Of a DNA stretch of 64,000 bases, positions 10,095-54,565 are shown piece after piece. Made by a program: the position numbers and the translations under genes. The DNA is taken from contig CM119268.1 in NCBI GenBank assembly GCA_051294375.1, positions 21,300,553 through 21,364,552 on the forward strand, in the 5' to 3' direction. Source of the DNA: Paraspadella gotoi (Eukaryota; Animalia; Chaetognatha). Every line of letters starts with the position of its first letter. Within the stretch, counting starts at the first letter, position 1. The notes under the pieces are model-generated. The model was not told the origin of the DNA. It did not search any database and saw only the letters and a list, made by a program, of their open reading frames with translations.

Positions 10095-13000
10095 TTTCAT
10101 CATCCATTTCATCATCTTGAAATCATAAAAGTACAAAAGATAATTATTAAAAATTAAAAAAAAAAACACAAAAACGTAAAAGAGAAGAAAACTCACAAAC
10201 GTTAAAATTATTCGCCATTTTTTTTCTCCCGTCGCAACGAAAAGCTGTTTCCTTTTTGCATCAAATGCATAATTTCATAATTGATAATACAATTTGTTTC
10301 TAAAATTGTTCCTAATTACAATGCTGTTCATTCCTCACTTTTTCAATTTTTTTTATTAAAGTTATATTTAGAATTGTCAATACGCTTTACACGGCAGTCT
10401 GTATATCCTGTTATGTTACTCATTTTACAAACTTCTTTTTCTCTCGCAGAGTTTTATAGTCCCCTAGATTCTTCTCGAGCCGACAGGAAAAACCGCCATT
10501 GCGACTTTTCAACCGCCAGAAAAGTCAGGTCGACTTTCCGCCACGAATTTCTTCTCTTCTTTTCTTTTCTTTTCTTTTCTTTTCTTTTCTTTTCTTTTCT
10601 TTTCTTTTCTTCTGTTTTCTTTTCTTTTCTTTTCTTTTCTTTTCTTTTCTTCTGTTTTGTTTTGTTTTGTTTTCTTTTCCATTCTTTTCTTTTCATTTCT
10701 TTTCTTTTCCATTCTTTTCTTTTCATTTCTTTTCTTTTTTCTTCTTTTCTTTTCTCTTTTCTTTTCTTTTCTTTTCTTTTCTTTTCTTTTCTTTTCTTTT
10801 CTTTTCTTTTCTTTTCTTTTCTTTTCTTTTCTTTTCTTTTCTTTTCTTTTCTTTTCTTTTCTTTTCTTTTCTTTTCTTTTTTATTTTCTTTTCTTTTCCT
10901 CTCTTTTTTTTTCTTTTCTTTTCTTTTCTTTTCTTTTCTTTTCTTTCTTCTCTTTTCTTTTCTTTTTTTTTCTCTTCTCTTCTTTTCTTTTATCTTCCGA
11001 CTTTCGTCATCAACTGCCATCTTTTTATTTTTATTGCCATTTTATTCACGCCTCTCAACGCCATCTTTTCTTTCCTCTCTTAACCCAACGTGAATTCACT
11101 TTTCGTGAACCTCGTTTGCGCTTGAAGCCTCGCGCGTGATTTCGCAAATTCACGATTTCAAACGATGGTTCTTCAAGAAAAAATCCCCGTTGGTCTCTTG
11201 GACGATTTTCATTCTTTTTTTCTGACATGAAAACCGAAAGCAGGAAGTTGATTTTACGTTACGACGATTTACATTCAATTTACAAATTTACAATCAAGCT
11301 AAAGTGGAGCTGAATAATGTGCTTGGGCTCTGCAAAGACTGTTCTCGGGAATGAAAACGTTTTATTTTTACATTTGACGACTGAAAAATTCGTGGGAAAA
11401 TCTTTTTGAGTTTTATGTTTAACCTAATGTAAAAAACATCTTAAAAATCTCAGTCGACCATTGTAAAATAGTTTTCTAGACCGCAAGCGGTCAGAGTCTC
11501 TCATCGGCAGCAGCACTTTAGCAGCACTGCAGCTGCACTGTAGCAGCACTGTAGCAGGAGCCAATGGGCGGCGTCGTTAAGGAATGGAAGTTAGCAGATG
11601 GAAGTTGGAAGACAAAGAAAGCAAAAGTGGGGAATGCTATGAGGTTTCGCAGTGAGCCATGGGCGGCGTTCGCCCCGGTTGGTCACGATGCGCGTTGGAG
11701 GAAATGAGAAGATGGAAGGAAAAAATGGAGAAGGGGCAGTCGGGGAGGAGGCGGGGGGGAAGGTGGTGAAATTAAAATAGTGAGGTCGAACATTGACTAT
11801 AAGTTCACCCCGACTATAAGCATGACGCCTTTACTCGTGACGGGGTGACGGTGGCTCGGGATATGGTCACAATATTGGTTAAGAATTTTAAATAAATGTC
11901 TGTCATTAATTTTTAAATTAAAAACATTGAAATGATACTATTTTGAATTTAAATTTTTATCTTAATTTATTCAAAGAATGCTGCTTTCGACTCTGCTGTT
12001 TAAATATTTATCAATAAATATCGAAAAGATAATTTGTCAGAAACCCAACCCCAAATAACACCTTGTTTTACTTAAATTGAAAAAAAAATATTTGCATTGA
12101 ATGGAGGCGGCCATCTTGGATTTGTAAGCCTCGTCCCCAAGGCGAAGATTTCAATCAATCGGCAAAAGAAGAAGAAAATGATTGAGGGTAAAAGGGGCAG
12201 TGGAAGGGTCAGCCTGTGTATGAGTTTGGGGTCTAGAGAGGGCGAAATATTCTAAGGCTTCGGGGGAAATAAAATCTAATAGAAAAAAATGAAAAGTGGA
12301 TCCGACATGAATTTTTACATTCAAAACTTTTCAGTGAATTTTAAAAATGAGAATTCCTAATCATAATTAATTTTTTTAAAAAATGTTTTACAATCGAATG
12401 GAAAATCGGTCGTTGGACTGTTTAATGAATTGAAATAAAATCAATTAAGAAAAGAAAAGATAAGAAAGGAAAAAAGATAGGAGGGGAAAAGATAAGAAAT
12501 AAAAAAAAGAATTAAAAGGCGGAAGTAAAGAAAGATAGGCAAAGGAAAGAAAAGAGATAACAACTTTAACGTCGAAGGAAAAAAGACAAAAAGGCATCGG
12601 GAAAACGATTGACGAAATTTTAATGAACAAAGGAAAAACGATTAAAAAAATGTTTTGAATAGGTAATATAACAACTAAATACTATTGATACATTTACTTA
12701 TGTAGCTTTCAAGTTGCATTTTAGATGTATTTTCGTTGATTACAAATTATTGGAAAAATAGAAAACATAAAAAAAGTCATAAACAAAAGATAAAAAAGAC
12801 AGCGATAAGTTTAGTTTTATAAATAGACGTTTTCACTTTCAAACTTAGTTGTTTAAATTGAAAAAAAAAAGATAACATATTTGAAATTAATAGACAATCG
12901 TAAAAAGATAAGGAATATAGCCTCTATAAAACCCGGCGATGACTACAACTTGGACTACTTCAATGACTACGACTATGACAGCCGATGCCCACAGCTCCAG

Positions 13001-14091
13001 ATTTATGCAAGTTCGAGGGAAAAAATTGCGTGGGAACCCCAATGTGGAAAAAACCATGAAAATCGTTGGTGGGAACGAATAAAAAACCCATAAAACATCA
13101 AAAAAATGTGGAAAAAAAAGTTATTTAAAAAAATGAAAAAAAATCTAAGGACATAAAGAAGATTAAAAATGAGTGAAGGAAATAAAAAGAAAACAAGAAA
13201 AGAAATAAAAAATTTAGGTAGAAAAAAAGGAAAGAAATAAGAAAAAAAGTTAAATTATCTGAATAAATTAAAAAAAAAAATTAAAATTAACTACTTATTA
13301 GTTTTCCTGCACGGTTATCTTTAAAAAGTAAAAAGCAGAAGGAAATTTTCAACCTTTCTTTTTCTGAAAGGTTCACGCGATAGAAAAAGATGACATCCGC
13401 TAATTGAGAAAACGCCAACCCTCACTTCTCTTTGTGACAGAAAAGTGGAAAGAAAGATGATTCCATCTTAACACGTGATGATTCCAATTCGTCTAACGTC
13501 CTATGAGATATTAGATGTCCTATTAGATGTTCGAATCGATTGAGTGGGAGGAAAGAGGGGAAAGATGGAGAAAGAGAGAAAAGAGAGGATAAAAAGAGAG
13601 GAGATTAAAGATATATGGGAAAAGAGAGGGCGGAGAGAAAAGAAGAGAGAGGAAAGATAGAAAGATAAGAAAGATAAAAAAAATAATTAAAAGACGAGAG
13701 TGGAAACTAGAGAAAACGAAGAGAGAGGACATATAGAAAAGACAATTAAGATTTAGGGATAGAGAAGTGAAAACGAGAAAATGAGGGGAAAAACTGGACG
13801 TAAATGGGAAAAATATGTTAATGTCTGGGGAAAAAACAAAGGATAGGAAACCAAAAAAATTAGACAAAAAAATCGTGGAAACATATAAGTTTTAAAATGA
13901 AAATTGTTTGACTTTTTGCTAAACTTTTTACCGCGTTAGTTATAAGTAGTTTATTGTATTGCTTTATGGTAAAGATAATCTGGGATAAATCAAGGATCAA
14001 AAACGGTTTGAGCGAAAAAGAAATGTAGATTTGTTTTTTAGGCTATAGTATAAAGTGTATAAAATTATTTTACAATGTTTGTGACTCCAGT

Positions 14092-14208
<117 letters not shown>

Positions 14209-14812
14209 ATCTCTCTCTCTTCTATCTCTCTCTCTTTTTCTACTTTCTCTTTCCACAACATAAAATATGAGGCCTGAAGAAAATAAAATTCTGCGCCCCC
14301 GAATATAAATTACCGAAACAGTCGGTTTTCGGTTTCATATTTATTGTTTGTTTATTTTAGTACAACACAGTTTCTACTTTCTAACAAGAACACAAAAACA
14401 TACGGAAGTCACCGAAGTTTTTAGATATATGAAGATCAAATTTGTTCAATTATGAATCCAGAAGATTTAAATTTAATTTCGCCAGAGAATTTTAAATTAT
14501 AATTTTTCATAAACTTAATGAGACATTCATTTTAAAGCCCCGTCAAAAGGGATTTTATCATATTTTGCTAGTTGAAATTGTCACAATTCGATTGTATTAA
14601 CTGATAAAAAAAATTGTCATAATTTGTCTCGATATACCATTAAAACAGAAAAATGTGAAAAATCTCAAAAACTGAATATTAAGAAAAAAAACTACAGAAC
14701 AAGGATGAACCAACGAATTAAAAAAAGGAAATAACTACGCCAAAGCGACGATGTTAACAAAATAAATATCACTTTGGGCTTAAGTTGACATTTAAATACG
14801 CAGCGGACAAAA

Positions 14813-44194
<29,382 letters not shown>

Positions 44195-44814
44195 GTGGGA
44201 TAGAGATTTGTGGGTGCTTTGTAGATGCTGTGTGGGTGAGTCACCCTGTGGAGGATGTGTGGATAAGTCGCTCTGCGGATTGTGTGTAGATGATTCACTG
44301 TGTGTATGAGTTACTGAGTGGATTCTTGGTGAATCGATATTCTTTGTGCTATGTGGTTGAGTGCATGCTTTGTGGATGAGTCACATTGCGTAGTATGCTT
44401 TGTGGAAGCTTTCACGTTGAGTCATTTTGAGGATGATTGTGGATAATTTGTGGATAAGTGGGCGCTTTGTGAAGATCAGTTTGTGAAAACAATGAACTCC
44501 GGTGGATGCTTCTTGAATTAGTTGCAGTAAAATTATAAATGTATATAAAGTGCATTGAAGTGTGTTAAAATTGCGCTTACAGCAAATAATATATAAAACC
44601 TATTTCCCAACCAAAATGTTTATTTCCGATTGGCCGAGAGTTGGAGTCAGCGAGGAAAAAGAGAAAAGGGAAAAGTGTTTGGAGCAGCTGAACTTCTTTG
44701 TGGATTTTCTGGGGAAATAAGAAGAAGAAAAAAAGGTCGACAAAAGGTCGAAAAGGAAGGTTATATTGCGATATATTGAGAAAATAATGCAATATAGATG
44801 GAAAATCCATGTTT

Positions 44815-44891
<77 letters not shown>

Positions 44892-44961
44892 TGGTCTTTC
44901 CGAGTCAACGACAAATAAGAGGCCGTCAAAAATCGTCGGCCGTAATATGAGATGAGAGGAC

Positions 44962-47210
44962 GATGAGACAGAGACAGAGACAGACAATGAGACAGAAACA
45001 GACAATTAGAAAGAGACAGAGACAGACAATGAGACAGAGACAGAGACAGACAATGAGACAGAGATAGACAATGAGACAGAGACAGAGACAGACAATGAGA
45101 CAGAGACAGAGACAGACAATGAGACAGAGACAGAGACAAACAATGAGTGAGAGACAGAGACAGACAATGAGACAGAGACAGAGATAGACAATGAGACAGA
45201 GACAGAGACAGACAATGAGACAGAGACAGAGACAGACAATGAGACAGAGACAGAGATAGACAATGAGACAGAGACAGACAATGAGACAGAGACAGAGACA
45301 GACAATGAGACAGAGACAGAGACAGACAATGAGACAGAGACAGAGATAGACAATGAGACAGAGACAAAGACAGACAATGAGACAGAGACAGAGACAGACA
45401 ATGAGACAGAGACAGAGATAGACAATGAGAAAGAGACAGAGACAGACAATGAGACAGAGACAAACAATGAGAAAGAGACAGAGACAAACAATGAGACAGA
45501 GACAGAGACAGACAATGAGACAGAGACAGAGATAGACAATGAGACAGAGACAGAGACAGACAATGAGACAGAGACAGAGACAGACAATGAGACAGAGACA
45601 GAGACAGACAATGAGACAGAGACAGAGACAGACAATGAGACAGAGACAGAGACAGACAATGAGACAGAGACAGAGACAGACAATGAGTCAGAGACAGAGA
45701 CAGACAATGAGACAGAGACAGAGATAGACAATGAGACAGAGACAGAGACAGACAATGAGACAGAGACAGACAATGAGACAGAGACAGAGATAGACAATGA
45801 GACAGAGACAGAGACAGACAATGAGACAGAGACAGAGATAGACAATGAGACAGAGACAGAGACAGACAATGAGACAGAGACAGAGACAGACAATGAGACA
45901 GAGACAGAGATAGACAATGAGACAGAGACAGAGACAGACAATGAGACAGAGACAGAGACAAACAATGAGAAAGAGACAGAGACAAACAATGAGACAGAGA
46001 CAGAGACAAACAATGAGACAGAGACAGAGACAGACAATGAGACAGAGACAGAGATAGACCATGAGACAGAGACAGAGACAGACAATGAGACAGAGACCGA
46101 GACAAACAATGAGAAAGAGACAGATACAAACAATGAGACAGAGACAGAGACAAACAATGAGACAGAGACAGAGATAGACAATGAGACAGAGACAAAGACA
46201 GACAATGAGACAGAGACAGAGACAGACAATGAGACAGAGACAGAGATAGACAATGAGACAGAGACAGAGACAGACAATGAGACAGAGACAGAGACAAACA
46301 ATGAGACAGAGACAGAGACAAATAATTGAGACAGAGACAGACAATGAGACAGAGACAGAGACAGACAATGAGACAGAGACAGAGACAGACAATGAGACAG
46401 AGACAGAGACAAACAATGAAAAGAGACAGAGACAAACAATGAGACAGAGACAGAGACAAACAATGAGACAGAGACAGAGACAGACAATGAGACAGAGACA
46501 GAGACAGACAATGAGACAGAGACAGAGACTGACAATGATACAACGACGAATGAACGAGATGAACAAATGAGACTAACGAATGCATGAGAGAACGACGAAC
46601 GAATGAGAGACAAACGAATGAGACAAACGAATGAATGAGTCAAAAGACGAGACAGACGATGAAGAGAACGACGAACGAATGAGACAAACAATGACTGAGA
46701 GAACGACGAACAAATGAGACAAATGAACAAATGAGAGAACATCGAGACAGAACGATGCGAGAACGACTCAATGAATGAGACAAACAAATGAGACAAACAA
46801 ATTAATGAGAAAACAATGAACGAATCAGACAAACAAATGAGGCTAACGAATAAATTAGGAGATCAACGAACGAATGAGATGAACGCATGAGTCGAACGGA
46901 ATGAATGAGACAAACGACGAGACAGATTGATGAACGAATGAAACTAACGAATGAGACGAACATATCAATGAAAGAACGATGAACGAATGAGACGAACGAA
47001 TGAATTGGAGAACGATGAACGAATGAACGAAGGAATGAAAGGGAGAACGATGAACGAATGAGACGAAGGAATGAAAGGGAGAACGATGAACGAATAAGAC
47101 GAAGGAATGGAAAGGGAGAACGATGAACGAATGAGACGAAGGAATGAAAGGAGAACGATGAACGAATGAGACGAAAGAATGAATGGGAGAACGCGAGACA
47201 GAGGATGAAG
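44962..47210. repeat. 24-bp minisatellite (AATGAGACAGAGACAGAGACAGAC)n grading into (GAACGAATGAGAC)-type repeats; duplicated at 51470-53700
   Basis: Direct; it explains the long spurious ORFs in the track. Confidence 0.95.
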
Positions 47211-47415
47211 AGAGAGGACAATGAACTTTCGATCCTCCAACTTCGAGTTTATGACGGTCGCGTTATTCTTTATTTATTCAAAAGTTACTCCACATTTTCC
47301 TTATTATATTCCCTTATCTATAGAAAACTTTTTTTTCTCTCTTTTTTTTTTAGTTTTTCTTTTCCTTTTCTTTCTTATAGGTTTTTTATTATCTATATTC
47401 GTGACTTTCTTTCTC

Positions 47416-47490
<75 letters not shown>

Positions 47491-48044
47491 TTTCTTTCTT
47501 ACTTTCTTTCTTTCATACATTAATTCATTCTTTCTTTCTTTTCTCTTCTTTTTTGTTTTTATTTTGTGGTTTTTATCTCAGTTTCTCTCTTTCTTATTTC
47601 TCATTAATTAATTTCTAAATCCATCTCTTTATTTCATATCATTCGTTTCTTCCCCCTCTGACTCTTTCTATCAGACTATCTTCTTTCTCCTCTATAAGTT
47701 ATTCCCCTGAAATCTTTCTCCCGTCTCCGAAGACCAGGTCACCGTAATCTCAAATTCGCGCGTTCCGATTCTCGCTTCAGATGTAATTTATTGAACAATC
47801 AACTGACCTTTAAATAAATCAAAGACTCTTTTGTTTGAAAAAAGATTTATAACATAAACTTTATGATAAAGATTGAAATAAAAATAATATAATACAATCG
47901 CTGGAAATTAACAAGGTACAGGAAAATGTTTTTGTTTCGACGATTAAAAAGTCTGGTTGTTGTTGTTGTCTTTTTCGTCCATTGGCGGTCGTGCGGTCGG
48001 GATTCGAACCCCGCGACTCCAATGGCCATAATTCAGGCGCTAAA

Positions 48045-50909
48045 CTACTCCGCCCGTGTGTGTCGGGCTGACCGACGCGCCAACTCTCTGCAGGCGACCG
48101 CCTTGTCGGGATTCTCGGTCTACAACGCGTTCTCGTCGGGCGACCCTAGTCTGGCTACCGACAAAAGCCGACAACCTTACGTCTCTCGTCTTCCTGATTC
48201 CGACGCGAGATTGAAAACGAAGAACTGAACGAGAACGCGCATGAGCCTGAATCACGGATCTGAAATAGGAGGAAAGAGGAAAAGTTGGGCACTATTATCC
48301 CAAAATCACCCATTTCTGCTTCAGAATATATATGTAAACTTAATTAATTGAAATATTCAATGCCTTAAACTCTTCCAAAATTCTTCAAGCTAATCCCGTA
48401 ACTACCCTAATGACCTTTATTAATCCCTAATCCATAACAAATCTTTAAACCTAACCCTAAATACTAATCCCTAACCTAATTCCTTATCTTGAATATACTA
48501 ATCTAACTTAAAAAATTAAAACCCTAGAATTTGAACTGAAAGGCAGCACTTTTGAATAAAATATGGCCAAAAGGTACAATTAGATACTTGAAGATGTAGA
48601 TTTTCGGGGTAAAAGATGGCCCCAAAGTCTCAAACCTGACTTTTAATTTGCTAATCTTTTATCTAATTTTACCTTTATCAATATTATCTACATATAAAGT
48701 ATGAAATTTTTTACTTTAGTTTATTTTAATACAAAACAATTTTTCTCTATCGCCCTTGATAATTACTTTAGGCTCCCCTTATATACCCTTATTATATAGG
48801 GAATACCCTATAATTCTTTGGCCTAATATACTTAACAAAACTAATTTCTAGTAGTTTTAGTAGAAAACCCTTAGCGGTTAACCCTACCTGTAATAAAATA
48901 GGAGAAGAATGACGATGATGAAGACTGGAATAAGAAATCGTGGATTTCCGATGATTTTGAAAAGACCTTATGCAAAGAAAATAATATTTATTATAGATTC
49001 AAAGCTAATATTTGAAAAATAATTTATAAAAGTAGTTACTAAATACGTCCGATTTTTATCTACTTTTTATCGACTCAATTAATTATGAACGAGTTTATTT
49101 GTGTGTACAAAATAGATAGACAAACGGCTTAATACGAAAATCTTTTTTTCTTTTTTAAAAAGAACCCTTTGCTAATCTATTCATCATTAGTGCATTTAGA
49201 CAGTTTATGGAAGTAGTTTATAAAAAATCAAAATTGAGGGAGAGAAAGAGGAGAAAGAAATAGAGAGAGAGATTGAGCAGAGAGGAGAGAGACGAGAGAG
49301 AGAGAGGAAGAGAGAGGAGAGGGAGAAGAAGGAGGAGAAGAGAAGAGAATTAAAGCTCCAACAAAGGTTGAGGGAAAAGACAACAACCAGAAGTGGTGAG
49401 GACAGCTGAAGTTTAGATACAGGAGGGAAAAAAAATCGTATGTGAGAATAAAATCTTTATACAACTAAAATGAAAGGAACAGAAAAGAAAATCATATACC
49501 TAAAAAAACAACAAAGACTAACCCTTGAGAGGGATGGGCCAGGTGTCGATCTCCTGCGCCAGCAACTCGGCGATGACCTCGATCCTCGAAACGGACCGCA
49601 AGATGGCGACGGCCGGAACTTTTACGACGACAGTAGCCCAAAAAAGGACAACGAGCAGAAAGAAAAATCATGAGGGACTGACATGAAAGAGGCTGTTTAC
49701 GCCCGCGGCCTTGAAGGCTGACTCCTCGGAAGGACAGAATTCACCTTGGGACATTTAAGGGTTGATGAGGATGAGTAGATGACAAGAACATGACAAGAAA
49801 CAATGACAAGACAATGGACAAGAACAATTACCTTCTTACCTTAAGTTTTGAAGCAGATAAACAAAAAAAGTAAGAGAAGGAGAATGAAGCAACTCAGCGC
49901 CGACATTAATGGAACGAAGAAAAGAGAAATCCAAAAACACAGTCTGGAAAATAAATAAACATTCCAATGATCCCGCATTAATCTTTAATTGCGAAATTAC
50001 ATAAACAATTTCATTATTCATCCAATTTAAACACCATAATTATGTTACTTTATTCTAAAGTCAAACATTAACGTCGAAATGAAATTGACCAGTAGGATGG
50101 CATCTGATAATCCAAATAGTTTGCCACGCGAGGCTTTTATAAATCCCGAGTCATTTTTTCTGTAGGTATGCATATTATCATTTGAGCCAATAACGAGCGT
50201 TTTTAGGCTAAATAATATAGAAGCGGTTACTAAAATAAAAAAAGGATCGAAATTGTATCTACAATATCCTTTTTTTGAGTAAATAAATTTTTTCCCATCT
50301 ATATTTTTTTATTTTTTTATAATTTTTTTTTTGAAAACTTTAAAACAGCTAAGCCCCAAAAAGAAGCTATAATTGTTTGAGCTTTGAAGGCTGGTTTGTA
50401 ATTATATAGGATCGCCAAACAGTTGCCTTTTTCTCTCACAGCCATCTTAGAGTTGTCAACAAATTTAAGCAACTGAAGACCTCGGATGAGCTGTTGGAAG
50501 CAGAAATAAAATGCTTTTATCATAACTTTTAAACTTTTTTTTGACCAGATCTTAAGAAATCTTGTCTATTTGCTATTTTATGGTCGCAGCGGTAGATTCA
50601 AACCCACGTAAGATTCAAAGCACACAACATAAAAACTGACTTACTAACAAAAACGACAGCAACAAACCCTTGCCTGCGTATAGACGAGACCTAATACGTT
50701 TCGCTCCAACAAAAATTGAACGTTCCCACGAGAGACATAACGCGCCTGCTTTTTGTTCGCCGTTCGCCGCCTGGTGGTCGACAGCAGTACTTGAACTTAA
50801 AAGACGGGCGGGAAGTCGACGAGAAAAGTCGAGCCAGAGTAGCAAGGAAGTCGACGACGGAGAGACGCCAAAACTGTTGTCCCGCGTAAGTCTTCCCAGC
50901 AGAGGATCT
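48045..50909 (-). pseudogene. Frameshifted duplicate of the last five TMC exons (probably an error-prone redundant assembly copy)
   Basis: Same exons as 54552-57376 but with multiple indels. Confidence 0.6.
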
Positions 50910-51101
50910 CTAAGATTTAGAAAGTTCAGGGGGTAAAGGCTGCCACTTGTCAGCTCTTTTTTTTTTCAAAAGTTCTCCATTCCTCAAATTAATTTGAATG
51001 CTAATATTTGACCATAATCTAAACCTTATTCTTAAACCCTAATCTTTTAACCCTAACCCTTAACCCTATGATTGGACTAAAACACCAAACCGCTTTCAAT
51101 C

Positions 51102-51310
51102 AGTGGCCATTGGTGCCGGAGGCGAGGTCATTCACCTCCCAACCCAAATGTCCGGTTCTGGCCTGTTGGTCGCCTTGCAGTTAAGAGGGACTGGGCACGC
51201 TTAACCCGCCTGTAACACGGGTGTTAAAGCCTGCATCCGAAGCTCAGGACTGCTTAATGCTTATATTGAACAGTTCTGTCATTAACACATAAACAATAAT
51301 TACTGTCTCT
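51102..51310 (+). mobile_element. Duplicate copy of the tRNA-headed twister-like SINE
   Basis: Matches 57540-57767. Confidence 0.6.
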
Positions 51311-53920
51311 TCAACATAAACCTAAACCTTACCTTATTCTTAAACCATAATTTTTAACCCTAACCGTTAACCNNNNNNNNNNNNNNNNNNNNNNNNNCGT
51401 TGGTCTTTCCGAGTCAACGACAAATAAGAGGCCGTCAAAAATCGTCGCGCGTAATATGAGATGAGAGGACGATGAGACAGAGACAGAGACAGACAATGAG
51501 ACAGAAACAGACAATTAGAAAGAGACAGAGACAGACAATGAGACAGAGACAGAGACAGACAATGAGACAGAGATAGACAATGAGACAGAGACAGAGACAG
51601 ACAATGAGACAGAGACAGAGACAGACAATGAGACAGAGACAGAGACAAACAATGAGTGAGAGACAGAGACAGACAATGAGACAGAGACAGAGATAGACAA
51701 TGAGACAGAGACAGAGACAGACAATGAGACAGAGACAGAGACAGACAATGAGACAGAGACAGAGATAGACAATGAGACAGAGACAGACAATGAGACAGAG
51801 ACAGAGACAGACAATGAGACAGAGACAGAGACAGACAATGAGACAGAGACAGAGATAGACAATGAGACAGAGACAAAGACAGACAATGAGACAGAGACAG
51901 AGACAGACAATGAGACAGAGACAGAGATAGACAATGAGAAAGAGACAGAGACAGACAATGAGACAGAGACAAACAATGAGAAAGAGACAGAGACAAACAA
52001 TGAGACAGAGACAGAGACAGACAATGAGACAGAGACAGAGATAGACAATGAGACAGAGACAGAGACAGACAATGAGACAGAGACAGAGACAGACAATGAG
52101 ACAGAGACAGAGACAGACAATGAGACAGAGACAGAGACAGACAATGAGACAGAGACAGAGACAGACAATGAGACAGAGACAGAGACAGACAATGAGTCAG
52201 AGACAGAGACAGACAATGAGACAGAGACAGAGATAGACAATGAGACAGAGACAGAGACAGACAATGAGACAGAGACAGACAATGAGACAGAGACAGAGAT
52301 AGACAATGAGACAGAGACAGAGACAGACAATGAGACAGAGACAGAGATAGACAATGAGACAGAGACAGAGACAGACAATGAGACAGAGACAGAGACAGAC
52401 AATGAGACAGAGACAGGATAGACAATGAGACAGAGACAGAGACAGACAATGAGACAGAGACAGAGACAAACAATGAGAAAGAGACAGAGACAAACAATGA
52501 GACAGAGACAGAGACAAACAATGAGACAGAGACAGAGACAGACAATGAGACAGAGACAGAGATAGACCATGAGACAGAGACAGAGACAGACAATGAGACA
52601 GAGACCGAGACAAACAATGAGAAAGAGACAGATACAAACAATGAGACAGAGACAGAGACAAACAATGAGACAGAGACAGAGATAGACAATGAGACAGAGA
52701 CAAAGACAGACAATGAGACAGAGACAGAGACAGACAATGAGACAGAGACAGAGATAGACAATGAGACAGAGACAGAGACAGACAATGAGACAGAGACAGA
52801 GACAAACAATGAGACAGAGACAGAGACAAATAATTGAGACAGAGACAGACAATGAGACAGAGACAGAGACAGACAATGAGACAGAGACAGAGACAGACAA
52901 TGAGACAGAGACAGAGACAAACAATGAAGAAGAGACAGAGACAGAACAATGAGACAGAGACAGAGACAGAACAATGAGACAGAGACAGACAGACAATGAG
53001 ACAGAGACAGAGACAGACAATGAGACAGAGACAGAGACTGACAATGATACAACGACGAATGAACGAGATGAACAAATGAGACTAACGAATGCATGAGAGA
53101 ACGACGAACGAATGAGACAAACGAATGAGACAAACGAATGAATGAGTCAAAAGACGAGACAGACGATGAGAGAACGACGAACGAATGAGACAAACAAATG
53201 ACTGAGAGAACGACGAACAAATGAGACAAATGAACAAATGAGAGAACATCGAGACAGACGATGCGAGAACGACTCAATGAATGAGACAAACAAATGAGAC
53301 AAACAAATTAATGAGAAAACAATGAACGAATCAGACAAACAAATGAGGCTAACGAATAAATAGGAGATCAACGAACGAATGAGATGAACGCATGAGTCGA
53401 ACGAATGAATGAGACAAACGACGAGACAGATGATGAACGAATGAAACTAACGAATGAGACGAACATATCAATGAAAGAACGATGAACGAATGAGACGAAC
53501 GAATGAATTGGAGAACGATGAACGAATGAGACGAAGGAATGAAAGGGAGAACGATGAACGAATGAGACGAAGGAATGAAAGGGAGAACGATGAACGAATA
53601 AGACGAAGGAATGAAAGGGAGAACGATGAACGAATGAGACGAAGGAATGAAAGGGAGAACGATGAACGAATGAGACGAAAGAATGAATGGGAGAACGCGA
53701 GACAGAGGATGAAGAGAGAGGACAATGAACTTTCGATCCTCCAACTTCGAGTTTATGACGTCGCGTTATTCTTTATTTATTCAAAAGTTACCTCCACATT
53801 TTCCTTATTATATTTCCCTTATCTATAGAAAACTTTTTTTTCTCTCTTTTTTTTTTAGTTTTTCTTTTCCTTTTCTTTCTTATAGGTTTTTTATTATCTA
53901 TATTCGTGACTTTCTTTCTC

Positions 53921-54000
<80 letters not shown>

Positions 54001-54491
54001 TTTTCTTTCTTACTTTCTTTCTTTCATACATTAATTCATTCTTTCTTTCTTTTCTCTCTTTTTGTTTTTATTTTTGGTTTTTTATCTCAGTTTTCTCTCT
54101 TTCTTTATTTCTCAATTAATTAATTTCTAAATCCATCTCTTTATTTCATATCATTCGTTCTTCCCCCTCTGACTCTTTCTATCAGACTATCTTCTTTCTC
54201 CTCTATAAGTTATTCCCCTGAAATCTTTCTCCCGTCTCCGAAGACCAGGTCACCGTAATCTCAAATTCGCGCGTTCGATTCTCGCTCGATGTAATTTATT
54301 GAACAATCAACTGACTTTAAAGTAAATCAAAGACTCTTTTGTTTGAAAAAAGATTTATAACATAAACTTTATGATAAAGATTGAAATAAAAGATAATATA
54401 ATACAATCGCTGGAAATTAACAAGGTACAGGAAAATGTTTTTGTTTCGACGATTAAAAAGTCTGGTTGTTGTTGTTGTCTTTTTCGTCCAT

Positions 54492-54565
54492 TGGCGGTCG
54501 GCGGTCGGGATTCGAACCCGCGACTCCAATGGCCATAATTCAGGCGCTAAACTACTCCGCCCGTT
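54492..54565 (-). mobile_element. tRNA-like (SINE head) remnant abutting/overlapping the TMC stop codon
   Basis: Minus strand GGGCGGAGTAGTTTAGCGC (A-box-like) ... GGGTTCGAATCCCG (B-box) ...CCGCCA; no clean cloverleaf. Confidence 0.45.

Noticed and set aside
10281-11139. Long Phe/Ser/Leu or Lys/Arg/Glu ORFs here and at similar tracts (4.2, 26, 28, 37 kb)
   Set aside because: Translations of (CTTTT)n, (GA)n and (CCTT)n microsatellites.
44600-53289. 500-660 aa ORFs (SLSLSHC / VSVSL repeats)
   Set aside because: Translations of a stop-free 24-bp minisatellite; no coding evidence.
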